Sequence record: MZ443780.1
Direction: 5' to 3' (one strand)
Length of the DNA stretch: 64,000 bases
A program made the position numbers and the translations under genes. Position 1 is the first letter of the stretch. Every line of letters starts with the position of its first letter. Below, piece after piece: positions 44,874 to 54,184 of the stretch. The notes under the pieces were generated by a model that searched no databases, was not told where the DNA came from, and was given only the letters and a program-made list of their open reading frames with translations.

Positions 44874-45971
44874 TTATCCGCGTACTGCTTTCGCAACGGA
44901 ACGCACGTTCGCCAGAGTGAAGGAGAAGGTGCTTGACAGCAACCAGCCGCGGTCGGTGTTACCCATGTTCGCGCCGGAAGTCGGGGTAGACTGGGTACCG
45001 CCACGAGTGGTGTACACTGCGTGGTAGTCCTGGTCTGCCAGAACGTACAGCTCACCGTCGTGCAGCACACGGTGCTCTGGAGCGCGGAAGCCGTCAGTTA
45101 CCAGCTCCATACCCAGCAGAGTACCCAGACGGCCGGTAGTGATCAGGTCATACTTAGACACAGGGTCCAGAGCAGAGGTGAACTGATCGTTACCAACGAT
45201 ATCGTTCCAGTAGTCCTGCGCCATCACAGCGGTGCTAACAGGCAGCGGCCAGCTTGACACAGAATTTTTCAGAGTAGACAGCAGACGCGGAGTCAGGTCA
45301 CCGTGAACCCAGGTGATTGGGTTAGCGATACCAACTGCCTGGTCACAAGCAGTTTTCCACAGACGGTCTTCTGCAACCATGATAGATTGCAGGCCATCTT
45401 GCTGCGCGCGGTCCAGCAGGTCGCCGTTGATCTGATCCAGATCCATTTTGCTAACACGGATGTTGGATTTCAGTTCGAACTCAGCAGGCGTGTAAACACG
45501 ACCGCGGAATTGACGGTAACCGTAGTCGGTAGGACCGGTTGCGATGATAGCTTCTGCCTGGTGGATTTTCAGTTCGATACGAGCGATATCGCCTTGACGA
45601 ACGGTAGCACCTTTACAGACCTTGCGCAGCAGGCCGGCACGTTCAGCACGGTCTTCGATAGATGCAACGATAGATGCACCCAGAGAAGCCCACTTCTGGC
45701 CGCTGCCGTCAGCGATAGCTTCCTGGAACAGTTCGATCTTCTCAGCTTCGGACAGGCCGTTGTCGCTAGAGACAGAGTGAACCAGTTCACCAGTTTGGAA
45801 GCTGTTCATCAGCTTGCTGATTTGTCCCAGCAGGTCTTTTTGGCTTGATGCGTTAATCTCACCAGTAGATGAGGACAACGCCAGCTCGCCTTTACCGCCG
45901 AAACGCAGGTCTTCGATAGGGGCGCCAGAACGCAGGGTTACTTTCGCGCCGCGCATTACAGAATTGTTCAT
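44874..45971 (-). CDS. Major capsid protein (HK97 fold)
   Basis: 365 aa after scaffold and decoration-like genes; VAEDRLW, TGRLGTLLGMELVTD; AGGAG SD. Confidence 0.8.
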   Translation of the reverse strand: MNNSVMRGAKVTLRSGAPIEDLRFGGKGELALSSSTGEINASSQKDLLGQISKLMNSFQTGELVHSVSSDNGLSEAEKIELFQEAIADGSGQKWASLGASIVASIEDRAERAGLLRKVCKGATVRQGDIARIELKIHQAEAIIATGPTDYGYRQFRGRVYTPAEFELKSNIRVSKMDLDQINGDLLDRAQQDGLQSIMVAEDRLWKTACDQAVGIANPITWVHGDLTPRLLSTLKNSVSSWPLPVSTAVMAQDYWNDIVGNDQFTSALDPVSKYDLITTGRLGTLLGMELVTDGFRAPEHRVLHDGELYVLADQDYHAVYTTRGGTQSTPTSGANMGNTDRGWLLSSTFSFTLANVRSVAKAVRG

Positions 45972-46030
45972 TAGTTGCTCCTGAGAATAATCTCGTAAGT
46001 TTCAGTTCAAACAGTTACGGTGCGCGACGA

Positions 46031-46738
46031 TTAAGCGCCGTAAGAGGAAGACATTTCGACGATCAGGTAACCACGTTCAGTGGTAGGCGCCTGCTTGATA
46101 ACGCAGCCTTTCAGCACGGTACCGTTACCGCCGATGGTCAGCAGACCGTTCGGGCCGAGGGTTGGGTGGATAACGTTGTCAGCAGACCAGTCAGCAGTCG
46201 GGTCAAACATAGAGGTAGCGATGTTACCCAGTTTGATGTAACCACAACGACCCTGAACGTTAGAAGCCAGGCCACCGATAGGAGCATCAGCAGTGTAAGA
46301 ACGCGCTTCGGTCACAGACAGTTCGTAAGCATACTGGATGCGAACTTTCTTGCCTTCGTCGTCAGCGTGGAAGTACAGGTCAGCACCCTGAACACCGACT
46401 TTACCTTCTGCGGTAGGAGTCGCGCTGGCTTCCTGATCAGCTTTAGCGCCGTCAATTTTAACCAGCAGTGCACCAGCGTCTGGAACGCGAGTTGCAGTGA
46501 ACTTACGAGTCGCGTCGATAGTGAACTCTTCAACGCGGTTCATGTGCGAAGGCGGCATGGAGCGAGCCAGTGCGAAACCAGCAAACACTTCGTTAGCAGC
46601 GCCGGTAGACAGACGCAGGAAGGAGTGACCGCCTTCACGAGCCCATACCAGTGCAACACCTTCTTCGTGGATTACTTCGCCCGGCAGCAGGTCAGCTTCC
46701 TGGGTCTGTACGATATCGGTAGCATTTTGAAACAACAT
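46031..46738 (-). CDS. Head decoration / cement-like protein
   Basis: Between scaffold and capsid genes; EEGVALV...FAGFA...GYIKLG...VIKQAPT pattern; start revised to MLFQN (GGAGA SD). Confidence 0.6.
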   Translation of the reverse strand: MLFQNATDIVQTQEADLLPGEVIHEEGVALVWAREGGHSFLRLSTGAANEVFAGFALARSMPPSHMNRVEEFTIDATRKFTATRVPDAGALLVKIDGAKADQEASATPTAEGKVGVQGADLYFHADDEGKKVRIQYAYELSVTEARSYTADAPIGGLASNVQGRCGYIKLGNIATSMFDPTADWSADNVIHPTLGPNGLLTIGGNGTVLKGCVIKQAPTTERGYLIVEMSSSYGA

Positions 46739-46793
46739 AATCAGTTTCTCCAATGAGAGAGATATGTGAGAGACAAACCTTCACAGGCTGCAA

Positions 46794-48833
46794 TTACTTG
46801 CAGCGCAGGCGAGCGAGTTTATCTTCGAACGATGAGTCAGTGGAAGCTGAACTCTGGGATTCAACGGTTTCTTCTTCCTGAGACAGGAGCTGTGCAGCAG
46901 ACGGCTGTGCTTTAGGAGCAACAGCAGGAGCTTGCTGAACAACGTTGGCACGAGCAGCGGTAACAGTACCGGCAGCCGCGTCGATAGACTCAGAAATTTC
47001 GTTCTGTGCCACTTCGGACTTGGACATCAAGTCGTTAGCTTTGGACAGAGCGACAGTAAGGAAGTCCTTACCGTGAGCGATGAACGCTTGCTCAATCAGA
47101 GCGCGTGGGTCTTTGATACCTGCCGCAGTGAGCGAGCGGGACAGAGAATCCACGATTGGGTTGCTTGCATCGCCCCAGAAGTTTTTGGTGATACCCAACT
47201 GAGCAGCAGACAGAGCAGCAACGAAACGTTCGCTGTGTGCAGCAGTCGCTTCTTCGATAGTTGCTGTGACGTTCGCAGTAGCTTCGCTAATACGAGTGTC
47301 AGATTCTGCCACCAGCAGTTTATCTACCGGCATTTCGATCTGATACGGCATAAAGCCGAATGCTTCACAAGTGCCGGTCACGCCTGTCTGATTCAGAGAG
47401 TGTGATACTGCACGGATGAAATTATCAGATTCGAAACTTTTCGCTGCGTTTTCTTCGCCAACAGCACCAGATACAGAGGCGAACGTTGCGCGAGCGATTG
47501 GCTGGCCATCGTAGTACATGTGTACTGCGGCGACTTTACCAGTTGAACGGCTCAGGCTGACCAGTGAAGGGTCGAGCGTACCGTGCTGCGCCTGTGCAGT
47601 AGACAGGCTATTGAAGACGCGATTAACGACCTTGCTCTCAGAGTCAAACTCGTCTTCTTCGTCGTCGAGATCCAGGTCATCTTCTTCCAGATCGTCTTCG
47701 TCGTCGAGGTCTTCGTCGTCATCGGAGCTAGACTCGGAATCGAAGTCATCTTCTTCAAGATCATCTTCTTCCAAGTCTTCGTCGTCGAGGTCGTCTTCTT
47801 CAAGATCGTCCTCTTCGTCTTCCTCGTCGTCAGAGCTGGATTCAGAGTCAAACTCATCATCTTCCAGATCTTCCATGTCTTCGTCGTCGAGGTCGTCTTC
47901 GTCCAGATCTTCGTCGTCGAGGTCTTCCTCGTCGTCGATATCATCGTCTTCGTCATCGTTAGATGATTCAGAATCGAAGTCGTCATCTTCCTCGTCGTCG
48001 TCCATATCTTCGAGGTCGTCTTCTTCAACGATATCAATATCGCTATCGTCGCCAGACGTTGACGCTTCTACTGGTTCGTCAACCAGCGCAGCAGAGCAAT
48101 GTGCGCAGAACACAGGCTCTTCGTCGGAGCTTACAGTGAACGGCTGGTCGCATTTAGCGGAGCAGCTATACATGTGAGCTTCAACTTCACCGTTAGTCGC
48201 GGCAGAAGACAGCGCGGTAACAGCTTCAGGAGATTCCTGAGGTTCGCAGCTATCAACAGCCTGGCCGGTGTACGGGTCGAAGTTTGCAGCAACAGCAGCA
48301 TTAAAGCTACCAGTGCTAGACACGGCGGTAAACGCGTGTGCGTTGCTCAGTGCCTGTGCGAAGTTGCGTTGAGCTTCTTCGGCGGTAGCGCCTGTAGCAA
48401 CCAGACCAGCGTGTTCAACTTGCTCGTCCGCAGCAGCGGATTCAGCCAGGAACTGAGTAACACGCTCGTCGGTGATTTCAGACAGGTCAGCAGAGCACGA
48501 TGGGCAGCAGCCCTGTACCAGAGCAGAGCTATCAGAGATAACGTGGCTACCACAACCATCAAGACAGATGGTGTAATGAGCTTTCACATCACCAGCAGAA
48601 GACTGCGACTGGACTTCGGCGCGCTCAACCAAATCAGGATGCTCTTCCAGCAGCTCATTGCCGCCTTTCGGATTGTAGAGGTCAGCGCCACTCTGCGAAG
48701 CAAAGCCTACACCGTCAGAGGACCCGAAAATCATCAGGTTCTGTCCGAGTGCAGTACGGCGAAAGTTCTCTACTGCCTGATTATGGTTTTTACCGACACA
48801 CAGGATACCCGCGAGTTGGGTAATCTTTGGCAT
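46794..48833 (-). CDS. Prohead scaffold / core protein with CxxC motifs and a long acidic tract
   Basis: Start probably MPKIT at 48833; CLDGC, CPSC, CSAKC, CAHC; about 120-residue Asp/Glu tract; Ala-rich helical C-terminus; upstream of the capsid gene. Confidence 0.7.
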   Translation of the reverse strand: MPKITQLAGILCVGKNHNQAVENFRRTALGQNLMIFGSSDGVGFASQSGADLYNPKGGNELLEEHPDLVERAEVQSQSSAGDVKAHYTICLDGCGSHVISDSSALVQGCCPSCSADLSEITDERVTQFLAESAAADEQVEHAGLVATGATAEEAQRNFAQALSNAHAFTAVSSTGSFNAAVAANFDPYTGQAVDSCEPQESPEAVTALSSAATNGEVEAHMYSCSAKCDQPFTVSSDEEPVFCAHCSAALVDEPVEASTSGDDSDIDIVEEDDLEDMDDDEEDDDFDSESSNDDEDDDIDDEEDLDDEDLDEDDLDDEDMEDLEDDEFDSESSSDDEEDEEDDLEEDDLDDEDLEEDDLEEDDFDSESSSDDDEDLDDEDDLEEDDLDLDDEEDEFDSESKVVNRVFNSLSTAQAQHGTLDPSLVSLSRSTGKVAAVHMYYDGQPIARATFASVSGAVGEENAAKSFESDNFIRAVSHSLNQTGVTGTCEAFGFMPYQIEMPVDKLLVAESDTRISEATANVTATIEEATAAHSERFVAALSAAQLGITKNFWGDASNPIVDSLSRSLTAAGIKDPRALIEQAFIAHGKDFLTVALSKANDLMSKSEVAQNEISESIDAAAGTVTAARANVVQQAPAVAPKAQPSAAQLLSQEEETVESQSSASTDSSFEDKLARLRCK
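47640..48010 (-). repeat. Coding low-complexity repeat: four acidic units each ending F-D-S-E-S
   Basis: DDDFDSESSN, DDEFDSESSS, DDFDSESSS, DEFDSESK separated by (DEDL/EEDDL)n. Confidence 0.85.
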
Positions 48834-48911
48834 GGTTAAAACCCTCATAGAATTTATAGTCGTTGAATCGACAGGTTAAAATTAAGATATGCAGAAAAAA
48901 TCAAGGAATTT

Positions 48912-50054
48912 TTAAATTTTTCTGCTATCAATGTCAGCTTGTGGAATATAGCGATTTTCGAAGTATTTCGAGACAACTTCTACGCCATTTAAGGTGTATA
49001 CGTTGCGTAAACTATATCCCCAAACCATCAGTTCTGCGAGCGTTGCGAAGTGCTCCGTAGGGACCGTTTTAATGGTACGTGCGGTCAGAGAATCTGGGTG
49101 GATTTTCTTGCCGCGAATGGCCTGATCGAACTTCATACGGTCTACGTTACGCAGCATCGTATCGTCCACAAAGTGGGCTAATTCGTGCGTAATAACGTGT
49201 GCCATACTCAGGCTATTATACCCACCAAGCAACTGTACTAACTGCGCTGGATGGATTGAAATCGCACCATACAGGAAGCCATGCACACGGTACGTAGCGA
49301 TATGACTACCACCACTATCCGAGTTAGCTTTCAGAACGCCAACATACAGACGGTCGAAGGGCAGTGCAATGTTCAGGCCAACGCCGGGCATCACGTTTTC
49401 CTGAATGTCTTTGAGCACATAATCAGGAGGACTGACGCCATTCTTTTCGAACGATATCCCCGGCACACGCAGCTCATCCATACCTTTAACTTCAAGGTGG
49501 ACTCTACCACATTTCTTAACAGGCTTGACAGCGTAGTTATTTGGTGTGCCGCCTGGGTAAACAGCAGAGGCATAACGCAGCGCTTTCATGTTGCCGAAAT
49601 CGACTTCACCTAAACGCTGAACCTGACGTGCTTTCATGCTGTCAGTTGTATCGTCATCACCTGCAACAGGCATTGGTGGGAGTTTATCGAGGGGTACGTT
49701 GACTTTCGAAGGAGGCAGAGGTTCTGGCGCAGGCTTCTTGACAACGGTAGGCTTAGCCTTTGGTTTAGACGCTTTCTTTTCTTCTTCGTAAGGCGTGAAG
49801 TTGAAGTCAGGCTTAAACAGCGCGTCAGGCTTCGCAGTGAATGGCCGGCTGGTGGTAGCAATCATGTCACCATCAACGCCACTGATCGCAGCAGCACGAT
49901 CATATTTAGGGTGAGCTATGTAGTACAGGTCGCTATTGACTTGAAGCAGACCCACGACCTCACGCGGCTGCATACGAATGCCGTTTGAGATCATGGTGTC
50001 GTTACCCAGATAGCGATAGTACGAATAGTCTAAGATAGATAGACCTTCCGCCAT
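48912..50054 (-). CDS. Putative zincin metallopeptidase with N-terminal shared module
   Basis: VITHELAHFVD (HExxH) and downstream EHFATLAE; Pro/Lys linker; N-terminal YYRYLG...REVVGL...YYIAHP module. Confidence 0.7.
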   Translation of the reverse strand: MAEGLSILDYSYYRYLGNDTMISNGIRMQPREVVGLLQVNSDLYYIAHPKYDRAAAISGVDGDMIATTSRPFTAKPDALFKPDFNFTPYEEEKKASKPKAKPTVVKKPAPEPLPPSKVNVPLDKLPPMPVAGDDDTTDSMKARQVQRLGEVDFGNMKALRYASAVYPGGTPNNYAVKPVKKCGRVHLEVKGMDELRVPGISFEKNGVSPPDYVLKDIQENVMPGVGLNIALPFDRLYVGVLKANSDSGGSHIATYRVHGFLYGAISIHPAQLVQLLGGYNSLSMAHVITHELAHFVDDTMLRNVDRMKFDQAIRGKKIHPDSLTARTIKTVPTEHFATLAELMVWGYSLRNVYTLNGVEVVSKYFENRYIPQADIDSRKI

Positions 50055-50055
50055 A

Positions 50056-50835
50056 TTACGCCATCCTTAACAGGTGCTCTTTGTAGGTTGCGGCACATGC
50101 GAATGCCGGGTCGTCTACGCTACTGCACTCAAAGCCTGTCAGGAGTTTGCAGTCACGATAGACCAGACGCCCTGTACGTGCATCGAGATACGTAGGCTTG
50201 TTGAACGCTGTATGCGAACAGAAGTTACGCGCACGAGGTGTTACCAACTGACCACAGATACTGCATTTATATGCACGGTAGGTTGTGCCTTTGCTGTACG
50301 TGTTCAGTTCACCGCTCATGATTCGGTCGCAGCGCTCTTTGCAGCGTGTACGGTCGAATGCAAGCAGCAACGTCAGACGTGCGTGGTCGCCACGGAAGTT
50401 CTTGAGCTTCGACAGGTTAGAGTCAAAGATCATGCCCATAGCTTGACGGTAGTCTTTGTTGTTGTGCTCGATGAACGTCGGCTTACCGATGAACGTCTGA
50501 TACGCAAGGCGTCCTTGGTCAGGGTTGAACGTCAACCATTCTTGCAGACTAAACGCATCACCGTTCGTGTTCGGAAGTTCTGTGATGTTCACAGGAACAG
50601 GCACGATGATATAGTCGCGGATATCGCGTGACGTGTTGTACTGCTCGGCAGCTTTAGGCAACCACACGTTCACGTCGAGGTTAAAAGAGCCAGTCTGAAT
50701 ACCGAAACGCGAAGCATCCACACGAATAGACTTAGCTGTTTTGCTAACGTCTTCCTTGTGAAGGTCAATCGCGTTCAGTCCGACTAAGCCCATGTCCGAG
50801 GTATCAAACGACTCGGAACGAATGGACTGATCCAT
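50056..50835 (-). CDS. Prohead (capsid maturation) protease, HK97/assemblin-like with a Zn-finger insertion
   Basis: Start probably MDQSIR at 50835; PNTNGDAF, IEHNN (His), TYSKG (Ser), CSICG...FCSH, FECSSVDDPAF. Confidence 0.75.
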   Translation of the reverse strand: MDQSIRSESFDTSDMGLVGLNAIDLHKEDVSKTAKSIRVDASRFGIQTGSFNLDVNVWLPKAAEQYNTSRDIRDYIIVPVPVNITELPNTNGDAFSLQEWLTFNPDQGRLAYQTFIGKPTFIEHNNKDYRQAMGMIFDSNLSKLKNFRGDHARLTLLLAFDRTRCKERCDRIMSGELNTYSKGTTYRAYKCSICGQLVTPRARNFCSHTAFNKPTYLDARTGRLVYRDCKLLTGFECSSVDDPAFACAATYKEHLLRMA

Positions 50836-50845
50836 CGTGTTCTCC

Positions 50846-51256
50846 CTATTGGAATTTGTCGATATTGTTGCGCGTATTAGCCAGACGCACGTTACCCTCA
50901 TCTGCTTGGAAGCAGTCAAGGTTGTCAGAGCTATTCAGCCAATAACGCAAGCGGCCATTAGAAATTACTGCACTTTCAACAAATGCAGGTACTTCAAAGC
51001 CATCTTTTGTTTTGACATAGACCTCGACGCCGGGATAGAAAACGTCGAAGGACTTGGTGCTGAATATAGGCTGCACTATATCGCACTCACGAACAGGGTG
51101 CTGCGCATAGCGGCTTTGAATCATATAGATCGCCTCATCCTTGTTAATCAGGATAGAGTTGATCGTGCCACGTAGCGTACAAGGCGAACAATACTCAGAC
51201 GGTACGTTGAATGAAACAATGTCAGCGATGTTGTATGCAAAAGAGAACTGTGCCAT
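50846..51256 (-). CDS. Hypothetical protein with two small beta-barrel (SH3-like) repeats
   Basis: YNIADIVSF...GTINSILI...IYMI and FYPGVEVYV...FVESAVI...RYWL. Confidence 0.6.
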   Translation of the reverse strand: MAQFSFAYNIADIVSFNVPSEYCSPCTLRGTINSILINKDEAIYMIQSRYAQHPVRECDIVQPIFSTKSFDVFYPGVEVYVKTKDGFEVPAFVESAVISNGRLRYWLNSSDNLDCFQADEGNVRLANTRNNIDKFQ

Positions 51257-51257
51257 G

Positions 51258-52139
51258 TTAACCTCTCAGTGCACCACGCGCCCATGACTTAGCCAACGCA
51301 AGAGTCATACGTGCAGGGTTATGCAGTTTGACTTCCCCTTTGTGGACAGCGGTGAAAGGCTCGTGTGCGTTCTGACCGCGACCAGAGCGATAGGCAGCTT
51401 CGTTGAAACCATCGAACAGGGTAACTACCCAGCCCGTAGATTTCTCAGAGCACTCACCACATGCTTTATCCCACACAATCTTACCGCACACACGGCCACC
51501 AGCATTGACTGCATAGCTGATTTGCTCAGTGCCTTTGTAGACGTCTTGGGACTTGAGTGTCTTAAACGTCACACGGGAAGACGACTCGGAGCGTGGCACC
51601 ATCTTCTCTTTCATCGACTCGATATCAAGCGATGACCAGAAAGACTCAAACAGCGCGGCAAACTTCTGCTCAATAGGCAGGTCTACCGCGTTGATTTGTG
51701 CAATGGTGCTGGAGCTATCAGCGAGCACACGGTTGAGGAAGTAGCCACCGAGAATAACAGGCATCTGTGTGCCTTGCGTTCCGGTAGTTAAGCCAGACTT
51801 CTTGCAGTAGATTTCTGACAGGCCGACAGCAAGACGCGCAAGAGTCATGAACGTTTGCTTCTCGGTGCTGCCAGCAACCTCTGTGTAGATACGCGCAGCA
51901 ATAGCAGGTACGACAGTGCGCTTTGCCACGCTCAGGATATCTTCTGGCTTAATCTCTTGCCCCAGCTTCTTCTTCGCAGCCAGTTCGAATGCGTTAATCA
52001 GGCTGGCTTTGTTCGCTGGTGTCAGAGACTCGCTCAACTTCATAGTTGTCTGCTCGGAGCTGTTCACCAGACCTTGCCGGGGTTTCTTCTCCAGACGACG
52101 AACCCCCGACGTCGATCTCATTAGTCGCTTCACTGTCAT
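51258..52139 (-). CDS. Hypothetical, probably head-associated protein
   Basis: Track ORF 51258..52175; start at 52139 (AGGA SD) or 52043; several S-x-S motifs. Confidence 0.65.
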   Translation of the reverse strand: MTVKRLMRSTSGVRRLEKKPRQGLVNSSEQTTMKLSESLTPANKASLINAFELAAKKKLGQEIKPEDILSVAKRTVVPAIAARIYTEVAGSTEKQTFMTLARLAVGLSEIYCKKSGLTTGTQGTQMPVILGGYFLNRVLADSSSTIAQINAVDLPIEQKFAALFESFWSSLDIESMKEKMVPRSESSSRVTFKTLKSQDVYKGTEQISYAVNAGGRVCGKIVWDKACGECSEKSTGWVVTLFDGFNEAAYRSGRGQNAHEPFTAVHKGEVKLHNPARMTLALAKSWARGALRG

Positions 52140-53244
52140 TTGATTGTTCCTGAGTAGTAGGCTGCAAGTAGGCAAGCAGCCCGGAGTTCTGAATTGCCTC
52201 GTTCAGGTCTTCGCCACGGTGCGTGGTGAGCTGTGCGAGATAGTTAAGAGCCGGTTGGACCATACCGAGGTTGCGACAGCCCCAGTAGGCTAAGTCGTAG
52301 CACATGTCTAAATTAATAGAGGTTTGGTCGAACAAGAAACTTTTTGGATTCTGCTTAACAGCGTCGATGCCCTGAATAGCAAAGCCTACAGCATTCATCA
52401 TATCGTCACGACGATAGAAGATATCAGCAAGCATCGCATAGCATTCAACGCGATCAGGTCTTGCAGCAATCGCACGGTAACAGGCAAAGATAGACTCCTG
52501 CGTGTAACCGCTTTTAAACTCTGCTTTCGCCAGTTCGAGGTTTGCAATCGCAACGTAGTCAGACCATTTAGCGATACCTGCGAGGCGTGCTACTTCGGCG
52601 CGAGCCATATCGAGCATATCGAAGTGGTTGCCGTAGTTAACAGCATAGCAGAGTTCACGCGCGTAATAGAAACTGCAACGGTCATCATGCGGGTAGCTAC
52701 CTACATCCAGACCAAGCTCCAACAGATAGTTGCGCTCTTTCTCCGTGTCAGGATAATGGTCAGTAGCAAACGTTGCTTCGACTGTACGCAGTCTCTGGTC
52801 AGGCTTACGCGACGACAGGACTTCGTGCGCACGGTACTTCCAGAAGTAAGAGCGACGACGATACGCTTTCATCTGCTGGTAGTGACTATCACCGTTGCGC
52901 ATCAGAATCCAAACTGCTTCGGCGTGTTTAATGTGTTTCGTATTGCGTAGCGTTTCAACCCAATTAGGATCATCGAAACGTTCGTCAATGTCGAGCCACA
53001 CAACGAGGTCATCCTCTGTGAATGGCGTAGCGGCCAGCTCCCTGCTTGCACCCAGATTGCGTTCATCTGACACATCAAACGAGTGATAGATGTTTGGGTG
53101 CTGGAATGCTGCGATGATGTTTGTGGTATTGTCCGTGCTGCCTGTATCAACGATACTGATCGCATCAGCAGCAGCAACGTGTTTCAACCACTCACCGATA
53201 TTCTTTTCTTCATTACGGCAGATAGCCGCTACGCAAATTCTCAT
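51994..53244 (-). CDS. GT2-family (GT-A) glycosyltransferase with helical TPR-like C-terminus
   Basis: AAICRNEEKNI, IVDTGSTDNT, VWLDIDE (DxD), YRAHE; helical repeats FYYAREL...YRAIAARPDRVECY. Confidence 0.85.
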   Translation of the reverse strand: MRICVAAICRNEEKNIGEWLKHVAAADAISIVDTGSTDNTTNIIAAFQHPNIYHSFDVSDERNLGASRELAATPFTEDDLVVWLDIDERFDDPNWVETLRNTKHIKHAEAVWILMRNGDSHYQQMKAYRRRSYFWKYRAHEVLSSRKPDQRLRTVEATFATDHYPDTEKERNYLLELGLDVGSYPHDDRCSFYYARELCYAVNYGNHFDMLDMARAEVARLAGIAKWSDYVAIANLELAKAEFKSGYTQESIFACYRAIAARPDRVECYAMLADIFYRRDDMMNAVGFAIQGIDAVKQNPKSFLFDQTSINLDMCYDLAYWGCRNLGMVQPALNYLAQLTTHRGEDLNEAIQNSGLLAYLQPTTQEQSNDSEATNEIDVGGSSSGEETPARSGEQLRADNYEVERVSDTSEQSQPD

Positions 53245-53260
53245 ACATGCCTCATTTGGG

Positions 53261-54184
53261 TTATACTAAAATGTTGCCGCTATCCCACCAGCGCTTGCCG
53301 TAGATATCAGACAGGCGATAGTCAAGAATGAGTGGCTGGTCAAGATCGACTTGCGTTATGTAACGCTGTAAGTACGGACTCCAAACTGTTTTCTCCTCAG
53401 TGTAGAGTCGTATCTCCAATTCAATGTCGCCTTGAGAGTTCTTCGGTACGAACGGATGAGAGTAGTCCCCATCAAAGCCTGCACCGAGTGAGTCGTCAAA
53501 GTATGTGTACGCACGAATTTCTTCTGCGCTGTTAATCAGCGTCGGTGAGTACACTTGACGGTTGTAATACGAGGTGTAATCAGCAACAGTCGCTTGCATG
53601 ACAGTGCGGCGCTTATAGATACGCGTCACACCTTTGCTGTCTGTCTCAGCGCGGTACTGGTTGTAATACCAGCGAATCTCCGCAAACTTAACAGGCTTCA
53701 ACTGTGGCTGACCTGCTGCATACTGCATGAACGGCTTCGCAGTGAAACGATGGTACGTCTTCTGCGTGTTCAATCTGTAGAGCAGAATCTGGTACGTGTA
53801 CCACTGATAAACATCAAGGGTGATCGTACCGCTATCTGATTGCTGCGTACCGTTAGTGAGAATGTAAGAGAAACAGTCTGCACCAACGTAACCGCTGCGT
53901 GGGTTATAGAGGAACGCATCGTTGAAGTAGTTCAGTCGCACTGTGCCCACCATCGGGTCGTTAACCTTGATAGCAGCAAGACGACAGCCCCTTTGAGCTG
54001 GCACCTTATCGAGCACACCCTCTGTCGGGCTATGCAGCGTCACTTCATCACGAGCGCCTTGTAAGATCTTTTCGAGTGTGATTTCAGTTTGACCTGAGTT
54101 ACGCACTCGCACTGTCAGGTTCGGAGCTAATGGTTTGTAGTTACGCCAGTAGTCGAACGTACAAGGCAAAGAGAGCATAATCAC
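53261..54184 (-). CDS. Virion protein with bacterial Ig/cadherin-like domain
   Basis: FLYNPRSGYVGADCFSYILTNG...SGTITLDV matches the Ig-like/cadherin-like pattern. Confidence 0.65.
   Translation of the reverse strand: MIMLSLPCTFDYWRNYKPLAPNLTVRVRNSGQTEITLEKILQGARDEVTLHSPTEGVLDKVPAQRGCRLAAIKVNDPMVGTVRLNYFNDAFLYNPRSGYVGADCFSYILTNGTQQSDSGTITLDVYQWYTYQILLYRLNTQKTYHRFTAKPFMQYAAGQPQLKPVKFAEIRWYYNQYRAETDSKGVTRIYKRRTVMQATVADYTSYYNRQVYSPTLINSAEEIRAYTYFDDSLGAGFDGDYSHPFVPKNSQGDIELEIRLYTEEKTVWSPYLQRYITQVDLDQPLILDYRLSDIYGKRWWDSGNILV

Noticed and set aside
47518-48177. Poly-Ser ORF (+) and poly-Thr/Lys ORF (-, 47552..48037)
   Set aside because: Frame shadows of the Asp/Glu tract in the scaffold gene.
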